DNA of 64,000 nt from Candidatus Latescibacterota bacterium (GTDB lineage: Bacteria > Latescibacterota > UBA2968): positions 6,164,722-6,228,721 of the forward strand of contig OZ242311.1 of NCBI GenBank assembly GCA_965207885.1, given 5' to 3'. The notes under the pieces were generated by a model, which was not told where the DNA came from, searched no databases, and saw only the letters and a program-made list of their open reading frames with translations. A program made the position numbers and the translations under genes. Shown here one piece after another: positions 8,776-19,050 of this stretch. Positions within the stretch are counted from its first letter, which is position 1, and each line of letters begins with the position of its first letter.

Positions 8776-9810
8776 ATGCTTGATTTGAACGTCCCAGCTA
8801 TCGAAAAACTTGTAGATTATACCGCCAGCGGAATAGGAGCAATTGCCGGGCCGATGTTGGCTCTCTGGAAGGCTTCCAGAGAAGGAAAGGCAAGAGCCAT
8901 TGCCGCTAAGGCAGACGCAGAAGTGCGTAACATTGAAGCGGAATCAGACGCTCGATCATTGCAGATCATTGCCGACGCGCAGGCCCAGGCCCGGCGGGCC
9001 ATTACTAAACCGATTGAATCAGGGCAAAGCAGGGTGGAAATCACTCGGGGCGACATTACTCAGCGAATCGAATTCCAAGAACGCAAACGTCTCGCAAATG
9101 TCAAATCGGTTATAGAGGATGCCGCTGCTGAGCTTGGCGACAAGGAGGTTCCCGACCAGGAACCCGACCCAGATTGGACGGCGCGTTTTTTCGATTCCGT
9201 TCAGGACGTATCCGCCGAAGAAATGCAAAAAATCTGGTCGAAAATCCTTGCAGGGGAAGTGGAGACACCCGGCAGAACTTCGTTGCGCACCCTCTCTGTT
9301 CTCAGAGATATGTCGCAGAAGGACGCAAAGATGTTTTCTGAAACAATGCGATACAAAATTGGTAATTTCATTCACTATGAAAGTTACATATTCTCATCCA
9401 ACTTGGCACGCGGAATGCATAAGTATGATTCGTTCGGCTTTTTGCCGGAATTTTTCGTCGTTATTCAAGACTGGGGATTATTGCGCGGCACATATGACCC
9501 ATCTCCCCAATTGATATTAGATGATAAAGGAATAAAAATAACAACAAATTGTAATCAAATTTTGGTTATTGAAGGAAGTTCGGGGAGAAAGATTGAACTC
9601 CAAGATACCCTTACCATGGCTGTAACTCCTCCGGCAATAGAATTATCAACGTTCTGCGAAATGAAACCAGATTTCAAGTATCTGGGTTGTTTTGCAGAAC
9701 TTCTTAAATGCCAAAACTGCACGCTCAAGATAGCCCCCAGGAAGATAACTCCTGCTGGAGATATTGCTTTTGACCCAGATGACCTTCACATAGTCGAGCC
9801 AGCATCGTGA
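8776..9810 (+). CDS. DUF2806-like protein
   Basis: DPDWTARFFDSVQDVSAEEMQKIWSKILAGEVETPGRTSLRTL motif; GAGGA SD. Confidence 0.75.
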   Translation: MLDLNVPAIEKLVDYTASGIGAIAGPMLALWKASREGKARAIAAKADAEVRNIEAESDARSLQIIADAQAQARRAITKPIESGQSRVEITRGDITQRIEFQERKRLANVKSVIEDAAAELGDKEVPDQEPDPDWTARFFDSVQDVSAEEMQKIWSKILAGEVETPGRTSLRTLSVLRDMSQKDAKMFSETMRYKIGNFIHYESYIFSSNLARGMHKYDSFGFLPEFFVVIQDWGLLRGTYDPSPQLILDDKGIKITTNCNQILVIEGSSGRKIELQDTLTMAVTPPAIELSTFCEMKPDFKYLGCFAELLKCQNCTLKIAPRKITPAGDIAFDPDDLHIVEPAS

Positions 9811-9861
9811 ACTAAGTTCTTTGCCACAATTCTCTCTAACACACATACGGAATAGCTAAAG

Positions 9862-11778
9862 ATGATCAATGCTAACCTGTCATTACATCTTCCTTCTCCC
9901 TGGGAGAATCAATCCTTCAAAATCAACCAGATAGGGCCCATCAACTTCCTCGTCGGGCCGAACGGGAGCGGTAAATCGCGGTTCGCCGGTGTCTTGTTAG
10001 ACCAAATGAAGTCTATACCTGGAGGTGCACGCTTACTTGGCACAGATCGGCTTAAAGAGATGGCAGATCCCGTAGCGACTCAGAGCTTTGTCGGCGACCC
10101 TTTTGCTGGCGGCTTTGCTAAGAATTGGTTCCATCATCTAAAGACGGCAGGCGAAGAAGGATCTGGAATCGATACGATAGTGCTTCTGGAAGAACGAATG
10201 GATCTTCGTATTCAGGTTGAAGCAACGCTAAGCCATCTTTTTGATCGCGAGATCATTCTCGAATGGGACTCTGGAAATCTGGTAGGTAAGATACGACGCA
10301 GAGGTAGTAGCGAGTCTTACAGGCTGGATCGTGAAGAATGTCACGGAATCAAAGAACTCTTGGTTCTGTTGACACATCTTTACGATGACAAGCATCAATA
10401 CCTGATCATTGACGAACCCGAACTCAATCTACATCCACAGTATCAAGCCTTCTTCATGCAGGAGGTTCGTAAGCTCGCAGGGGATCCTTCAACCGATAGT
10501 AAAAAGAAGATTATTTTTTTGATAACGCACTCTCCATTTATTCTTGATTTTCGGTCTGAGGAAGATTTGAAATCCGTCATATCCTTCAGTCTGGATTACT
10601 CGGTGCCAAAGCAGATTGCCAACCTGGAGCTGGATACGCCTCAGCAGCCGTTTTCCTTAACGCAAAGATTGAATGCACATCATAAGCAACTCTTTTTTTC
10701 TGACAATCCAATCTTCGTTGAAGGCATTCTCGATGCGCGGCTCGTCGAGGCTATTCAGGAGGCTCGTGGTGTTTCGGTCGCTGGAGTAGGAAGCTGTATA
10801 ATTGACGCTGGCGGAGCCGAAGAAGTGAACCAATATTTCAAGCTGTGTAAAGGTCTTGGAAAGAATGCCCACTTCCTTTACGACCTTGACAGTCTTTTTT
10901 CTGGAAACCTCCGTGCTTGTATAAGAGACGACGAATCCATACAGAGCTTTTTGGCCTCCGCAGGACTTGGAAGCGACTTTGGAAGATATTGTGGGGAGTT
11001 GGATCGAAAACTGACATATCTGATTGATCAAATATTACAGATCGGAGTATCTCTCCCGATAGAACTCACTCAATTGGGTGAGTTTCTTAAAGGTCTCGGT
11101 AATAGGCAACAGTGGAAAAAAGAACAGTGGGCCAGGGCCCGCACGGCGGTGATGACAGCAATTAGTCTATATGAGAAGGACATATCATCGGTATCGAAGC
11201 AAGATGTTGCAGATATTAAAGGACGACTAACACAGATCGTTACAGCCCTAAAGGAGAAGAACATACATCTTCTCCCCGGAGGTACGATAGAGAGATATTT
11301 ACCTTGCTATGGCGGAGACGATTATAAGCTTGCTGAACATGCAAAGCGGCAGGCTGTCGAGGATGAGATACAAGAGCTATCCAAATCACTGACCGAAGCA
11401 GAGTTGTCGTCTCGATATGACGAATTATACAATGCTATCTGCAACTTGCCATCCAAGGCAGATGTGGACGTTAATCCTGTTCTTTGCCATTATCTAAGTG
11501 ACTACATACATAAACTTCAGCAGACAATCGTAAAAAATCCAGACTGGAACCAAGACCAAATACAAAATCGCTTGAATACACTTGAACCATCATTTACTGG
11601 CGTTTTCTCTATTCGGAAGTTTGAGCGTATCCAGAAAGATGAGTTTAATGCGACCATAGAAATCTTGGAAATGCTTGGACAAGGAAAACGATTTACTCAA
11701 GTGGACCATCGCACTAATGCGGGAATGGGAGAGTTCGAGATTGAATCCGATCAGATGATTAGTGAGGGTGAACTATAA
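9862..11778 (+). CDS. ABC-type ATPase + TOPRIM (OLD-family-like) nuclease
   Basis: GPNGSGKS, IIDEPELNLHP, ITHSP, then FVEGILD and YDLD. Confidence 0.8.
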   Translation: MINANLSLHLPSPWENQSFKINQIGPINFLVGPNGSGKSRFAGVLLDQMKSIPGGARLLGTDRLKEMADPVATQSFVGDPFAGGFAKNWFHHLKTAGEEGSGIDTIVLLEERMDLRIQVEATLSHLFDREIILEWDSGNLVGKIRRRGSSESYRLDREECHGIKELLVLLTHLYDDKHQYLIIDEPELNLHPQYQAFFMQEVRKLAGDPSTDSKKKIIFLITHSPFILDFRSEEDLKSVISFSLDYSVPKQIANLELDTPQQPFSLTQRLNAHHKQLFFSDNPIFVEGILDARLVEAIQEARGVSVAGVGSCIIDAGGAEEVNQYFKLCKGLGKNAHFLYDLDSLFSGNLRACIRDDESIQSFLASAGLGSDFGRYCGELDRKLTYLIDQILQIGVSLPIELTQLGEFLKGLGNRQQWKKEQWARARTAVMTAISLYEKDISSVSKQDVADIKGRLTQIVTALKEKNIHLLPGGTIERYLPCYGGDDYKLAEHAKRQAVEDEIQELSKSLTEAELSSRYDELYNAICNLPSKADVDVNPVLCHYLSDYIHKLQQTIVKNPDWNQDQIQNRLNTLEPSFTGVFSIRKFERIQKDEFNATIEILEMLGQGKRFTQVDHRTNAGMGEFEIESDQMISEGEL

Positions 11779-11870
11779 ACAACAAACGCTTACGCCTTTC
11801 CGCTCAAGCAGGTCTCGCTGGACTTCGTTTACAGGAAGAATGTGCGGCATGAGCACATCCCGACTCTACA
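11775..11870 (+). pseudogene. Decayed copy of the 5' end of the DUF1156 methyltransferase gene (repeat C; partner 13866-13969)
   Basis: ATG changed to ATA, 8-bp deletion, and a 32-nt perfect match CGCCTTTCCGCTCAAGCAGGTCTCGCTGGACT. Confidence 0.9.
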
Positions 11871-11951
11871 AGTGATTAAAATGAAAATCTACTCATGTAC
11901 TACCGATGACAGCACCAGGCGACTCAATAGAGATAGATAGGAGAATATAGA

Positions 11952-13775
11952 ATGCGAATTAAGCGAATTTCGGCCACCGATATTCCCCCGGTCGAGACTT
12001 TCATTGCCGATGACCTAAAGGATTTAGTCGTCATTGCAGGCCCAAATGGCGTAGGAAAGACGCGTTTGATTGACGGAATATTAAATTACTTTCGAACGTT
12101 CCAACCTAACATGGGAGGGCACTTAACCAATCTGAGCTTCATTATTGAAGCAACCGACCCGTCAGAAGGCGAGATCTGGGGTCAGCAAGAGTTGGATACC
12201 ACGGATCCCCAGCACGCAGCTACTTTGACAGATTTCCTCCGCCAAAATCGCAGAAGACGCAACTTTCGAAATAGCGTTCTTTACTATGAAAGCAACCGCA
12301 CTATACAACAGGTAACACCTTTCCAATTTCAGTTCGACCTTCCTGACCCGTGGGAAGAACATGTCTCTTGGGATTTCGCATTGGGCGGTCTTAACCACCG
12401 ATGGGAAGATACCCAACACGCTATTTTCAAAAAATTAGAGAGCCAAAGGACTTCAATAGGTAATCGAGCAATCCAATTGCGGAATGAAGGACGCGATTCC
12501 ATGAGATTATTATTCTCTGATCCGATGATCCCCTTCAATGAAGCGTTTTCCAAACTGTTGGGCCCAAAGACTTTTGCAACACCGAGGATTCGTGAGCAAC
12601 GTTTAACATATATGGATGGAGAAAATGAGTTCGATATTGAGTACCTGAGCAGTGGCGAGCGTGAAGTTCTTAGCATAGCTTTCGACTTTATCCTCCGCAA
12701 TCCTTCGCATTGTATTGTCTTTTTCGATGAGCCGGAATTGCACTTACACCCAGAACTGCTTTATCGTCTGATTATGACGCTTCGAAGTGTCGGCGAATCA
12801 AATCAGTTTATCCTTCTCACACATTCCGCAGAACTCATTTCTTCCTCTTTAGACGAAAGTGTCATATTTCTTACGCCGCCGAAGGAAGACCAGGGTAATC
12901 AAGCAGTGAAGATTGAGCCTACAGGTGATGTGGCAGAAGCATTACACCAACTCGGCCAATCCGTAGGTATCGTCTCGTTGGGCAAAAAGATCGTCCTCAT
13001 AGAAGGTTCTGATTCGAGCCTGGATAAGAAGACCTATGGACAGATAGTTAAGGACAAATTCCCTGAGCTTGTGCTTTTGCCGAGTGGTGGCAAAGAAAAT
13101 CTATCATCCTTCAAAACAATTGCATCAGAAGTGCTTGATAAGTCATTATGGGGTATCCGATTTTTCATGTTAGCGGACCGAGATGCAGCTACGGAGACGC
13201 AACCGACTGGATCCGACAACTTTCGGATACTAACCCGATACCATTTAGAGAATTACTTCCTTGACGCTAAAATACTGTGTCAATGCTTTGTAGATAGAGA
13301 AAATGAGGATTCCTGGCTTCTATCAGTAGAAAAAATAGAGGCTCGTTTGCGAAAAATAGCGAAAGATGCATTGGGTTACTCGGTTAGTCTCGTGGTGTCG
13401 AAGAAAATTCGTGAAGCGGCCGGGAATGTCAGCATAATGCCAAAGGGTAGCCATGCGATGGATGTCTCTATACTTGCCGATACATTCTCAAAAAAAGCCG
13501 CGGACGAAAGGCAACGTATAGCAAATGAATTAGACGACGACAGCGTTCGGAAGTTGGTAGAAGATACTTACCAGAAATTCGAGGATTTGCTGGCGAAACC
13601 GAGTGATGATTGGAAGAATGTGTTTCCAGGTAAGCTGATTCTTTCACGCTTCTGTCACGAAGCTCGAGAAGAGGAAAGCCGTCTAAAGAATCTATATATT
13701 CGAAAGGCACAAGAAGCAGATACCAATCCTTTTCAGGAAATAATCGACATATTTTCCTCCTTTGCACGGGCATGA
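11952..13775 (+). CDS. Second ABC-type ATPase + TOPRIM-like (OLD/DUF4435-like) protein
   Basis: GPNGVGKT, LSSGE, FFDEPELHLHP, LTHS, then LIEGSD, LADRD, HLENYF; AGGAG SD. Confidence 0.8.
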   Translation: MRIKRISATDIPPVETFIADDLKDLVVIAGPNGVGKTRLIDGILNYFRTFQPNMGGHLTNLSFIIEATDPSEGEIWGQQELDTTDPQHAATLTDFLRQNRRRRNFRNSVLYYESNRTIQQVTPFQFQFDLPDPWEEHVSWDFALGGLNHRWEDTQHAIFKKLESQRTSIGNRAIQLRNEGRDSMRLLFSDPMIPFNEAFSKLLGPKTFATPRIREQRLTYMDGENEFDIEYLSSGEREVLSIAFDFILRNPSHCIVFFDEPELHLHPELLYRLIMTLRSVGESNQFILLTHSAELISSSLDESVIFLTPPKEDQGNQAVKIEPTGDVAEALHQLGQSVGIVSLGKKIVLIEGSDSSLDKKTYGQIVKDKFPELVLLPSGGKENLSSFKTIASEVLDKSLWGIRFFMLADRDAATETQPTGSDNFRILTRYHLENYFLDAKILCQCFVDRENEDSWLLSVEKIEARLRKIAKDALGYSVSLVVSKKIREAAGNVSIMPKGSHAMDVSILADTFSKKAADERQRIANELDDDSVRKLVEDTYQKFEDLLAKPSDDWKNVFPGKLILSRFCHEAREEESRLKNLYIRKAQEADTNPFQEIIDIFSSFARA

Positions 13776-13865
13776 TAGATTTTTATTTTATTGGCATTGG
13801 TTAGCGAGTACATGTTTGCAAACTGCGTAATCGCGGACCGAATTTTCACGAGGTAATTCATACAA

Positions 13866-16800
13866 ATGAACGACAAACGCTTAATCGAAGTCGCCTTTCC
13901 GCTCAAGCAGGTCTCGCTGGACTCTGTCCACGAGAAGAATGTGCGACATGGACATATTTCCACGCTGCATATATGGCCGGCGAGGCGCCCACTGGCCGCG
14001 TCCCGAGCTGCGCTGATTGCGACGCTGCTTCCCGATCCCGGCAATCCCGAGAAACGGAAGGAGATTCTGGAGCGCATGGCTGGCAGGGTGATTGAGAAAA
14101 TCGAACGCAAGCGCGTAGGTGGGCGTACGGTCGAAAAAATCAAAGAGGAAACAATCGGTGGCATCCTGCACTGGAAGAGGGAAAATGACCCGGATATCCA
14201 GTGGTTCCGCGACGAAATCCGCAAAGCTTACGATGGACGAGCGCCCAAAGTGCTAGACCCATTCGCTGGCGGCGGTGCCATTCCCCTCGAAGCCATGCGC
14301 CTGGGCTGCGACGTGACCGCTATGGACATCAACCCGGTTGCATGGTTCATCCTCAAATGTACCCTCGATTACCCCCAAAAGCTCTCCGGTCAAACCCGCC
14401 CATTGCCCGAGTTCGCGCTGAAAGACCGCGAATTTATGGAGACATTCCTGAAAGCAAAAGGGTTTAAGGGAGCCAGCTTACGGACATTCCTCGAACGACT
14501 CGGCCATGGCGACGGCGGCGAAATCCAACTCGACTTCGTACAGCATGACGATCCGATACTCGAAGCGGACCTCGCCTGGCATGTGCGTGCCTGGGGGCGT
14601 TGGGTACTGGCAAGAGCACGCAAAGAATTATCTTCGTATTATCCTACCTACGCCGATTTCGAGCCATTAGAGTCAGATGAAGAATTTTTGTTGCGCCCCA
14701 GCAGACGGTTGCTGGAGGTTGACGAAGAAGGCGTGCCGCAAGTCGATCCGCTCAACGCCGAGTTTGACGACGCCTATCTCGAGGACAAGAAAAATCTGCG
14801 CTGGATCGCCAAACCAACAGTGGCCTATCTCTGGGCGCGGACCGTAACCTGCAAACAGTGCCGAGCCACGCTGCCGCTGCTCAAGACACAATGGCTGTGC
14901 AAAAAATCTCGAAAGCGCGTGCTGCTAAATATGGAACCGAATGCAGACCAAACGGGCATTGTCTTCGATGTGCAGAATGACGTACCTCAAAACGGCGGCA
15001 ACGCGGCACAGCGACGAGAACACGACAAGCGCATCGGGGCTGGAACCATGTCTCGTACCGGCGCAACCTGTCCATGCTGCGGCACGATCATGACCATGGA
15101 AGATATCCGCCTTGAAGGTCGTGCTGGACGTTTGGATGCGACCATGACGGCTGTGGTGGTGGATGGAGGAAGGAAAAAGGGTAAGGAATACCGTTTGCCG
15201 ACCGACCATGAACTTGCGATAGCGGAAGTGAGCGAGGAACAGCTTCAGGCCCTGTATGCAGGTATCCCGTTTGGGTTACCAGAGGAACCAATCATTGAGG
15301 ACGCGAAACGAAATACATGGTGTGTTCAATATGGAAAAACTACCTGGCGGAAGCTGTTCACGAATCGGCAGCTATTAGCTCTTGGCGAGTTTGTTCTGAG
15401 TCTTCGGAGAATGATGCAAGAACTCGAAGGCCAGCCAGAGAGTTGGCAAAAAGCTCTGATTGCAAATCTTGCGCTTGTGAATGATCGACTATCTGATTAT
15501 TCCAGCGCGGTCTGCTCCTGGCACAACGGAAGGGAAAAACTTGGACATACGTTTGCGCGGTTTGCACTTCCGATGGTGTGGGATTATACTGAAGTCAATC
15601 CGTTATCAGATTCATCCGGCAATTACCACGGCGCACTTGAATGGGTCTCACGTTGCGTTGACCACTTACTTGAATCAGCGCAATCGGCAGAAATAACAAA
15701 TATACAAGCCTCCAGTGCTACTAAGACATCGGGGGAGTACGACGTCATTCTTACAGATCCTCCTTACTATGATGCAATCGGCTATTCCGTTCTCATGGAC
15801 TTTTTTTATGTCTGGCTTCGGCGATCATCACATGGATTGTCCGCTGAGGTCGAGTCGGTCTTCTCCGATACCCTTAGCCCCAAATGGGATCATGACACAG
15901 AGGACGGCGAACTCATAGATGATGCCAGCAGATTTGGTGGCGACAAAGCGCGATCCAAGCAGAACTATGAAGACGGAATGGCCCGTGCGTTCCGCTCTTG
16001 TCACGCTGCATTGCAACCAGACGGGCGGCTCGTGGTTGTGTTCGCCAACAAGCAACCCGATGCCTGGGAAACATTGGTAGCCGCGCTGATTCGGGCTGGC
16101 TTTGTCGTTGATGGGTCCTGGCCTATTCAGACCGAGATGGGTACCAGGACTCGTGCGATGGCATCTGCTGCCTTGTCATCCTCCGTCTGGATCGTCTGCA
16201 AAAAACGCCCCCCTGCTCGCCCCGGTTGGGATAACACTGTACTCAATGAAATGCGCAAAAATATCACACAGCAACTCCGCGACTTCTGGGACGCGGGCAT
16301 CCGAGGACCGGACTTTGTGTGGGCCGCGACCGGGCCAGCACTCGAAGCCTTTAGCAAGCATCCCGTGGTCAAGAAGGCGAACGATCCGAACCAATTCATG
16401 ACCGTCTCGGAATTTCTCCGCGAGGTGCGGCGCATGGTCGTAGATTTTGTCGTTGGTCGCGTCCTGACGCAGGATGACAAAGAAGCTATCACTGGACTCG
16501 ACGATGTGACCACCTATTACTTGCTCCATCGCCACGACTTCGGCATGGAAGACGCGCCTGTAGGCGGCTGCATCCTCTACGCACTATCTTGCAACCTCTC
16601 CGACTCAGCCCTGGTCAATCAGTACGACCTTCTGGCTCAATCGGGCAAGGGGGGATCGAGCGACGAGACAGAGGAATCGGAAACCACGGGCGGCGCAAAG
16701 GTCAAACTCAAAACCTGGAGCCGACGCCAAGGCCGCAACCTCGGCCTCCACGCACCGAGCGGACGGCCCGTGCCATTAATTGACCAGGTACACAAACTAA

Positions 16801-17030
16801 TGCACCTCTGGCGCGCCGGAGATCAGGTCAAAGTTGACGATTACCTCGACACAGGCGGCCTCCAGCGCAACGCCCTGTTCAATCAGATACTCCAGGCACT
16901 CATCGAACTGGCCGACGCCGGTTCCGATGAGCGGTCAATTCTCGAAGCTCTGTGTAATCACGTAGCTGCCCGCGACAATATCCAGAAACCGGGGCAGAGA
17001 CAGCTTCAATTCGGAGGAGCCGAGGGCTGA
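13866..17030 (+). CDS. DUF1156-domain DNA adenine methyltransferase
   Basis: LHIWPARRPLAASRA (DUF1156-type), VLDPFAGGG SAM-binding motif, CKQC/CPCC zinc ribbon, TDPPYYD catalytic motif. Confidence 0.9.
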   Translation: MNDKRLIEVAFPLKQVSLDSVHEKNVRHGHISTLHIWPARRPLAASRAALIATLLPDPGNPEKRKEILERMAGRVIEKIERKRVGGRTVEKIKEETIGGILHWKRENDPDIQWFRDEIRKAYDGRAPKVLDPFAGGGAIPLEAMRLGCDVTAMDINPVAWFILKCTLDYPQKLSGQTRPLPEFALKDREFMETFLKAKGFKGASLRTFLERLGHGDGGEIQLDFVQHDDPILEADLAWHVRAWGRWVLARARKELSSYYPTYADFEPLESDEEFLLRPSRRLLEVDEEGVPQVDPLNAEFDDAYLEDKKNLRWIAKPTVAYLWARTVTCKQCRATLPLLKTQWLCKKSRKRVLLNMEPNADQTGIVFDVQNDVPQNGGNAAQRREHDKRIGAGTMSRTGATCPCCGTIMTMEDIRLEGRAGRLDATMTAVVVDGGRKKGKEYRLPTDHELAIAEVSEEQLQALYAGIPFGLPEEPIIEDAKRNTWCVQYGKTTWRKLFTNRQLLALGEFVLSLRRMMQELEGQPESWQKALIANLALVNDRLSDYSSAVCSWHNGREKLGHTFARFALPMVWDYTEVNPLSDSSGNYHGALEWVSRCVDHLLESAQSAEITNIQASSATKTSGEYDVILTDPPYYDAIGYSVLMDFFYVWLRRSSHGLSAEVESVFSDTLSPKWDHDTEDGELIDDASRFGGDKARSKQNYEDGMARAFRSCHAALQPDGRLVVVFANKQPDAWETLVAALIRAGFVVDGSWPIQTEMGTRTRAMASAALSSSVWIVCKKRPPARPGWDNTVLNEMRKNITQQLRDFWDAGIRGPDFVWAATGPALEAFSKHPVVKKANDPNQFMTVSEFLREVRRMVVDFVVGRVLTQDDKEAITGLDDVTTYYLLHRHDFGMEDAPVGGCILYALSCNLSDSALVNQYDLLAQSGKGGSSDETEESETTGGAKVKLKTWSRRQGRNLGLHAPSGRPVPLIDQVHKLMHLWRAGDQVKVDDYLDTGGLQRNALFNQILQALIELADAGSDERSILEALCNHVAARDNIQKPGQRQLQFGGAEG

Positions 17031-17176
17031 CTGACGCGAGTTCCATGATTAATAGCGAATGCTTACGTTTGATATGTAGCTGGCCCATGTAAAGGTCGGC
17101 GGGTATAGCAACTTCAACCGGAGTAATCGCATCGCCATTGCAACAATCGGACGAGAGGTAAAGACGAGGTGTTCTG

Positions 17177-18730
17177 ATGCAAGTTCATAGACGACTGTTG
17201 AATTTCTGGACTGGATCGGTGAGCAGGCTTTGGCACTCGGCCGGTTTCGTGAGGCGACGGCGAGCAATCGTGGGCAGGCCCTCAAGATCATTGCGCTATT
17301 ACGCCCGGACAGCGATCTATTTTCTGCGCCTGCTTTTCTCTGCCTCGCGCCTCAGGTTGGCTTGGCGGCCCTTGTGGTGGGGCGGTCTGGGATTGGCCGT
17401 GACGCTTGCAGTCTTTCTGGAATGGGATTGGCTGTACGGAAAGGGGTGGATCTGGTTGAGCAAGAACGAGGACGATCCGGCGCGGACAATCAGGGATATT
17501 GTTCTGACTCTGGCCGCTCCGATTAGCATTATGCTTGCGCTCTGGCGCAGCAGGATAGCGGCAGCCGGGCTTCTGCACGACCGTTATCAGCGGAGTGCCG
17601 AAATGCTCGGCCACGCTGACCTTCGTTCGGTTCGTCTCGGTGGCATCCATGCTCTTGCCAACCTCGCCGATGAACACCGCTCAACCTATCACCTGCAAGC
17701 GATGCAGTTGTTCGCGGCACTTGTGGTGGAGAATACGAATGCCGACAAGGCACTCAAACCGGTTGATTCTGCCACGGACCCCGAGGTTGGCGGCGAGACG
17801 GAGGGATCGAACGCCGAGGATCTCCATCTCGTGGAGGACGTGCGCGAGGCCCTGAGGCTGATCGCCGGACGAGACCGCCGACAAGTCGCTCTCGAACGCA
17901 GGAAAAGATCGCGGCTGAACCTGTCTGGGGCAGTCCTTGTCCGCCTGGTCCAAATGAATGCCGCGAACTTTTCGAATATCGATTTTTCCGATGCCAATTT
18001 GTCCCGTGCACGTCTCTGGCTGGCGCAGTTCTCGGGATCAATCCTGACCGGGGTTCGGCTTCGCGAAGCATCGCTGCACAAAGCCGATCTACGAAAGGTC
18101 GATATGAGGGGAGCCGACCTTACGGGCACTCGACTGATAGACGCGGATTTGCGACAGGTGGATATGGGACCACGTAATCGGGTCGGTGAATGGGCGAGCA
18201 GTTGGAAGGACCGCCTAACAACACTTCGCGGTGCGGAGATGATGTGCGCGGACCTGAGAGGGGCGAAGTTATACCGTGCCGATCTCCAACAGGCTATGCT
18301 GGGTGGAGCGAATCTGGACAACGCGAATCTGTGTGGTGCTGATCTGCGCCGAGCGGATCTCAAGGCTGCCGTTCTCTATGAAGCGAACCTGACTGGAGCA
18401 AATCTAACTGACGCGAACCTTGGAGGTGCAGACCTCCGCAAAGCAAACCTCACCAACGCGAACTTGACGGGCGCGAACCTGAGTCTCGCAGTCTTGACTG
18501 ATGCCGATCTGACCGACGCGAATTTAAGCGGTGCAGATTTTTCCCGTCATCACTTAGAAAGGAACCCCCAATCACCGGAAAAGTTAAGCCCCGCAACCGG
18601 ATTGACTCAAGATCAGCTTGATCAGGCGAAGGCCGATCCAAATTGTCCACCGTACCTCGAAGGTGTCCTGGACGCCATTACGAAGAGAAAACTGGTCTGG
18701 AGAGGGCGACCCCTCCATGACGACAGTTGA
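17177..18730 (+). CDS. Membrane-anchored pentapeptide-repeat protein (start uncertain)
   Basis: Hydrophobic N-terminal segments, VRLGGIHAL motif, many A(D/N)Lxx repeats. Confidence 0.8.
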   Translation: MQVHRRLLNFWTGSVSRLWHSAGFVRRRRAIVGRPSRSLRYYARTAIYFLRLLFSASRLRLAWRPLWWGGLGLAVTLAVFLEWDWLYGKGWIWLSKNEDDPARTIRDIVLTLAAPISIMLALWRSRIAAAGLLHDRYQRSAEMLGHADLRSVRLGGIHALANLADEHRSTYHLQAMQLFAALVVENTNADKALKPVDSATDPEVGGETEGSNAEDLHLVEDVREALRLIAGRDRRQVALERRKRSRLNLSGAVLVRLVQMNAANFSNIDFSDANLSRARLWLAQFSGSILTGVRLREASLHKADLRKVDMRGADLTGTRLIDADLRQVDMGPRNRVGEWASSWKDRLTTLRGAEMMCADLRGAKLYRADLQQAMLGGANLDNANLCGADLRRADLKAAVLYEANLTGANLTDANLGGADLRKANLTNANLTGANLSLAVLTDADLTDANLSGADFSRHHLERNPQSPEKLSPATGLTQDQLDQAKADPNCPPYLEGVLDAITKRKLVWRGRPLHDDS

Positions 18731-18782
18731 AGCCGCCCGCGACAATATCCAGGCACCGGGGCAGAAACAACTCCAATTCGGA
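18731..18782 (+). repeat. Decayed copy of the methyltransferase 3' end (repeat D; partner 16964-17015)
   Basis: 46/52 identical, ungapped. Confidence 0.85.
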
Positions 18783-18798
18783 TAGATATAAAATCGTT

Positions 18799-19050
18799 AT
18801 GTCCATACCTGCAATTCATCCAGGAGAACACCTCGCCGAGGAATTGAAAAAACTCGACATGAGCGCAGCATCACTCGCACGACAGATTGAAGTGTCCCCC
18901 AGCCGAATCACCGAAATCCTCAATGGGCGACGTGCAATCACTGGCGATACCGCCCTGAAATTGGCTCATTTTTTTGACACCTGTGTAGAGTTCTGGCTAA
19001 ATTTGCAGAAGCTCTATGAACTGCGGATTGCTGAGGAGAAAATCCGATGA
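18799..19050 (+). CDS. higA: HigA/VapI-family XRE antitoxin with no adjacent toxin
   Basis: IHPGEHLAEEL...ITGDTALKLAHFF...FWLNLQKLYEL. The ORF-track extension from 18727 is repeat D. Confidence 0.8.
   Translation: MSIPAIHPGEHLAEELKKLDMSAASLARQIEVSPSRITEILNGRRAITGDTALKLAHFFDTCVEFWLNLQKLYELRIAEEKIR

Noticed and set aside
17031-17047. Weak similarity to 20872-20889 before the DUF499 start (CTGA..CG..GTT..CATGA)
   Set aside because: Too short and gapped to distinguish from chance.
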